36,701 bases of DNA from Priapulus caudatus. Its lineage: Eukaryota. Each line of letters begins with the position of its first letter. The stretch's first letter is position 1. The stretch is from contig NW_014577088.1 of the NCBI RefSeq assembly GCF_000485595.1, positions 1,032,337 to 1,069,037 of the forward strand, given 5' to 3'. Positions 35,760 through 36,701 of the stretch are shown in pieces. The position numbers and the translations under genes are program-made. Under the pieces are notes generated by a model that was given only the letters and a program-made list of their open reading frames with translations, searched no databases and had not been told where the DNA came from.

Positions 35760-36380
35760 GACACCACGCACGCACGCACCGCACGCACGCCACACACACG
35801 CAGGCAAATTCACCGCACACCACACCACGCGCCGCGCAGGCGCACACACACACACATACACACACACACCACACACAACACCACCACACCCACACACACA
35901 CACACACAACTATCTAACAACACACACACATACTCACATACACATTCGCGTGCACGCACACAGGGTCACAAACGGAAACACACAACGCCGCTCTCCCCGG
36001 GACACATGTTGCAAACAGCCACTTTTATCTGAAGAAATTATTCTATTAAAAATTGATCAATAAATTTTAATTACATATAGGTAGAATGGACCCCGTTTTC
36101 AGATTTACTATAAACATGGGGGTCTATTCCAAAATAAATTTAGCTAGACTGAAAATGTATAGTCAAATCAGAGTAATCAAAATATTTTGCTTCGCTTAAA
36201 AATGGAATCATCTGAATGCGCTCGGTTAGCGATGGGGATGCCGGCTGCCTCAGTTCTATTGCACTACTGTAGGATCTGGGATATATTTCTGCCTATATCA
36301 TGTCTTGGTGCGTGCCGCTCGGATACCAAAATAAATATTTACGTCTTGATTTTATACAGTCCTAATGTGTCATTTATTAG

Positions 36381-36416
<36 letters not shown>

Positions 36417-36701
36417 CTAATGCAACGACGCTAATGCAAATGTCACTTCTAATCAAATTTTGCTAGATCATTTATAACTATATGCGGACCGACACTCGTA
36501 CGTGCGCGTTCGCGCGCACCTACGCACACATACACACACGGCGCCTGAACGAACACGATACGCACACGCACTGCCGCACACGCACGGCACACCGCGCACC
36601 CGGCGCGCGCCGACGCACGCACGCACGCACGCACAACACAACAGCACCCACACACCACACACACCACACGTATACCAACACAGACATACACACGCGCCGC
36701 G
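35760..36701. repeat. Degenerate (CA)n tracts (~35760-35960, ~36500-36701) and (GA)n (~36380-36416)
   Basis: Directly visible. Confidence 0.85.

Noticed and set aside
27585..35775. LTR retrotransposon with 2.4-kb LTRs enclosing the orphan ORF
   Set aside because: No TG...CA ends, PBS/PPT, TSD or gag/pol. The copies differ mainly by indels and fit the assembly-artefact model.

Overview
Metazoan (probably invertebrate) nuclear DNA, rich in microsatellites and small non-autonomous transposons. Two coding elements are supported. (1) The 3' ten exons (1488-6691, +) of a spliced gene that I assembled by hand into one open frame and that matches the PPP1R36/C14orf50 family; the ORF track catches only fragments of it. 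(2) A GC3-rich, uninterrupted 223-aa ORF (31319-31990, -) of unknown family with a downstream AATAAA. The rest consists of Helitron/Helentron-type elements, hAT-like and foldback MITEs, very small palindromic insertions, a 25-bp minisatellite and a degenerate (CCCTAA)n tract. About 10.6 kb (19311-29959) around a 25-N gap is largely indel-riddled second copies of sequence found elsewhere in the window, and it splits one minisatellite in two. It looks like misplaced long-read gap-fill rather than biology. Most ORF-track entries are microsatellite translations. I found no convincing new multi-gene system; the orphan ORF and the tiny palindromic insertions are the best leads.
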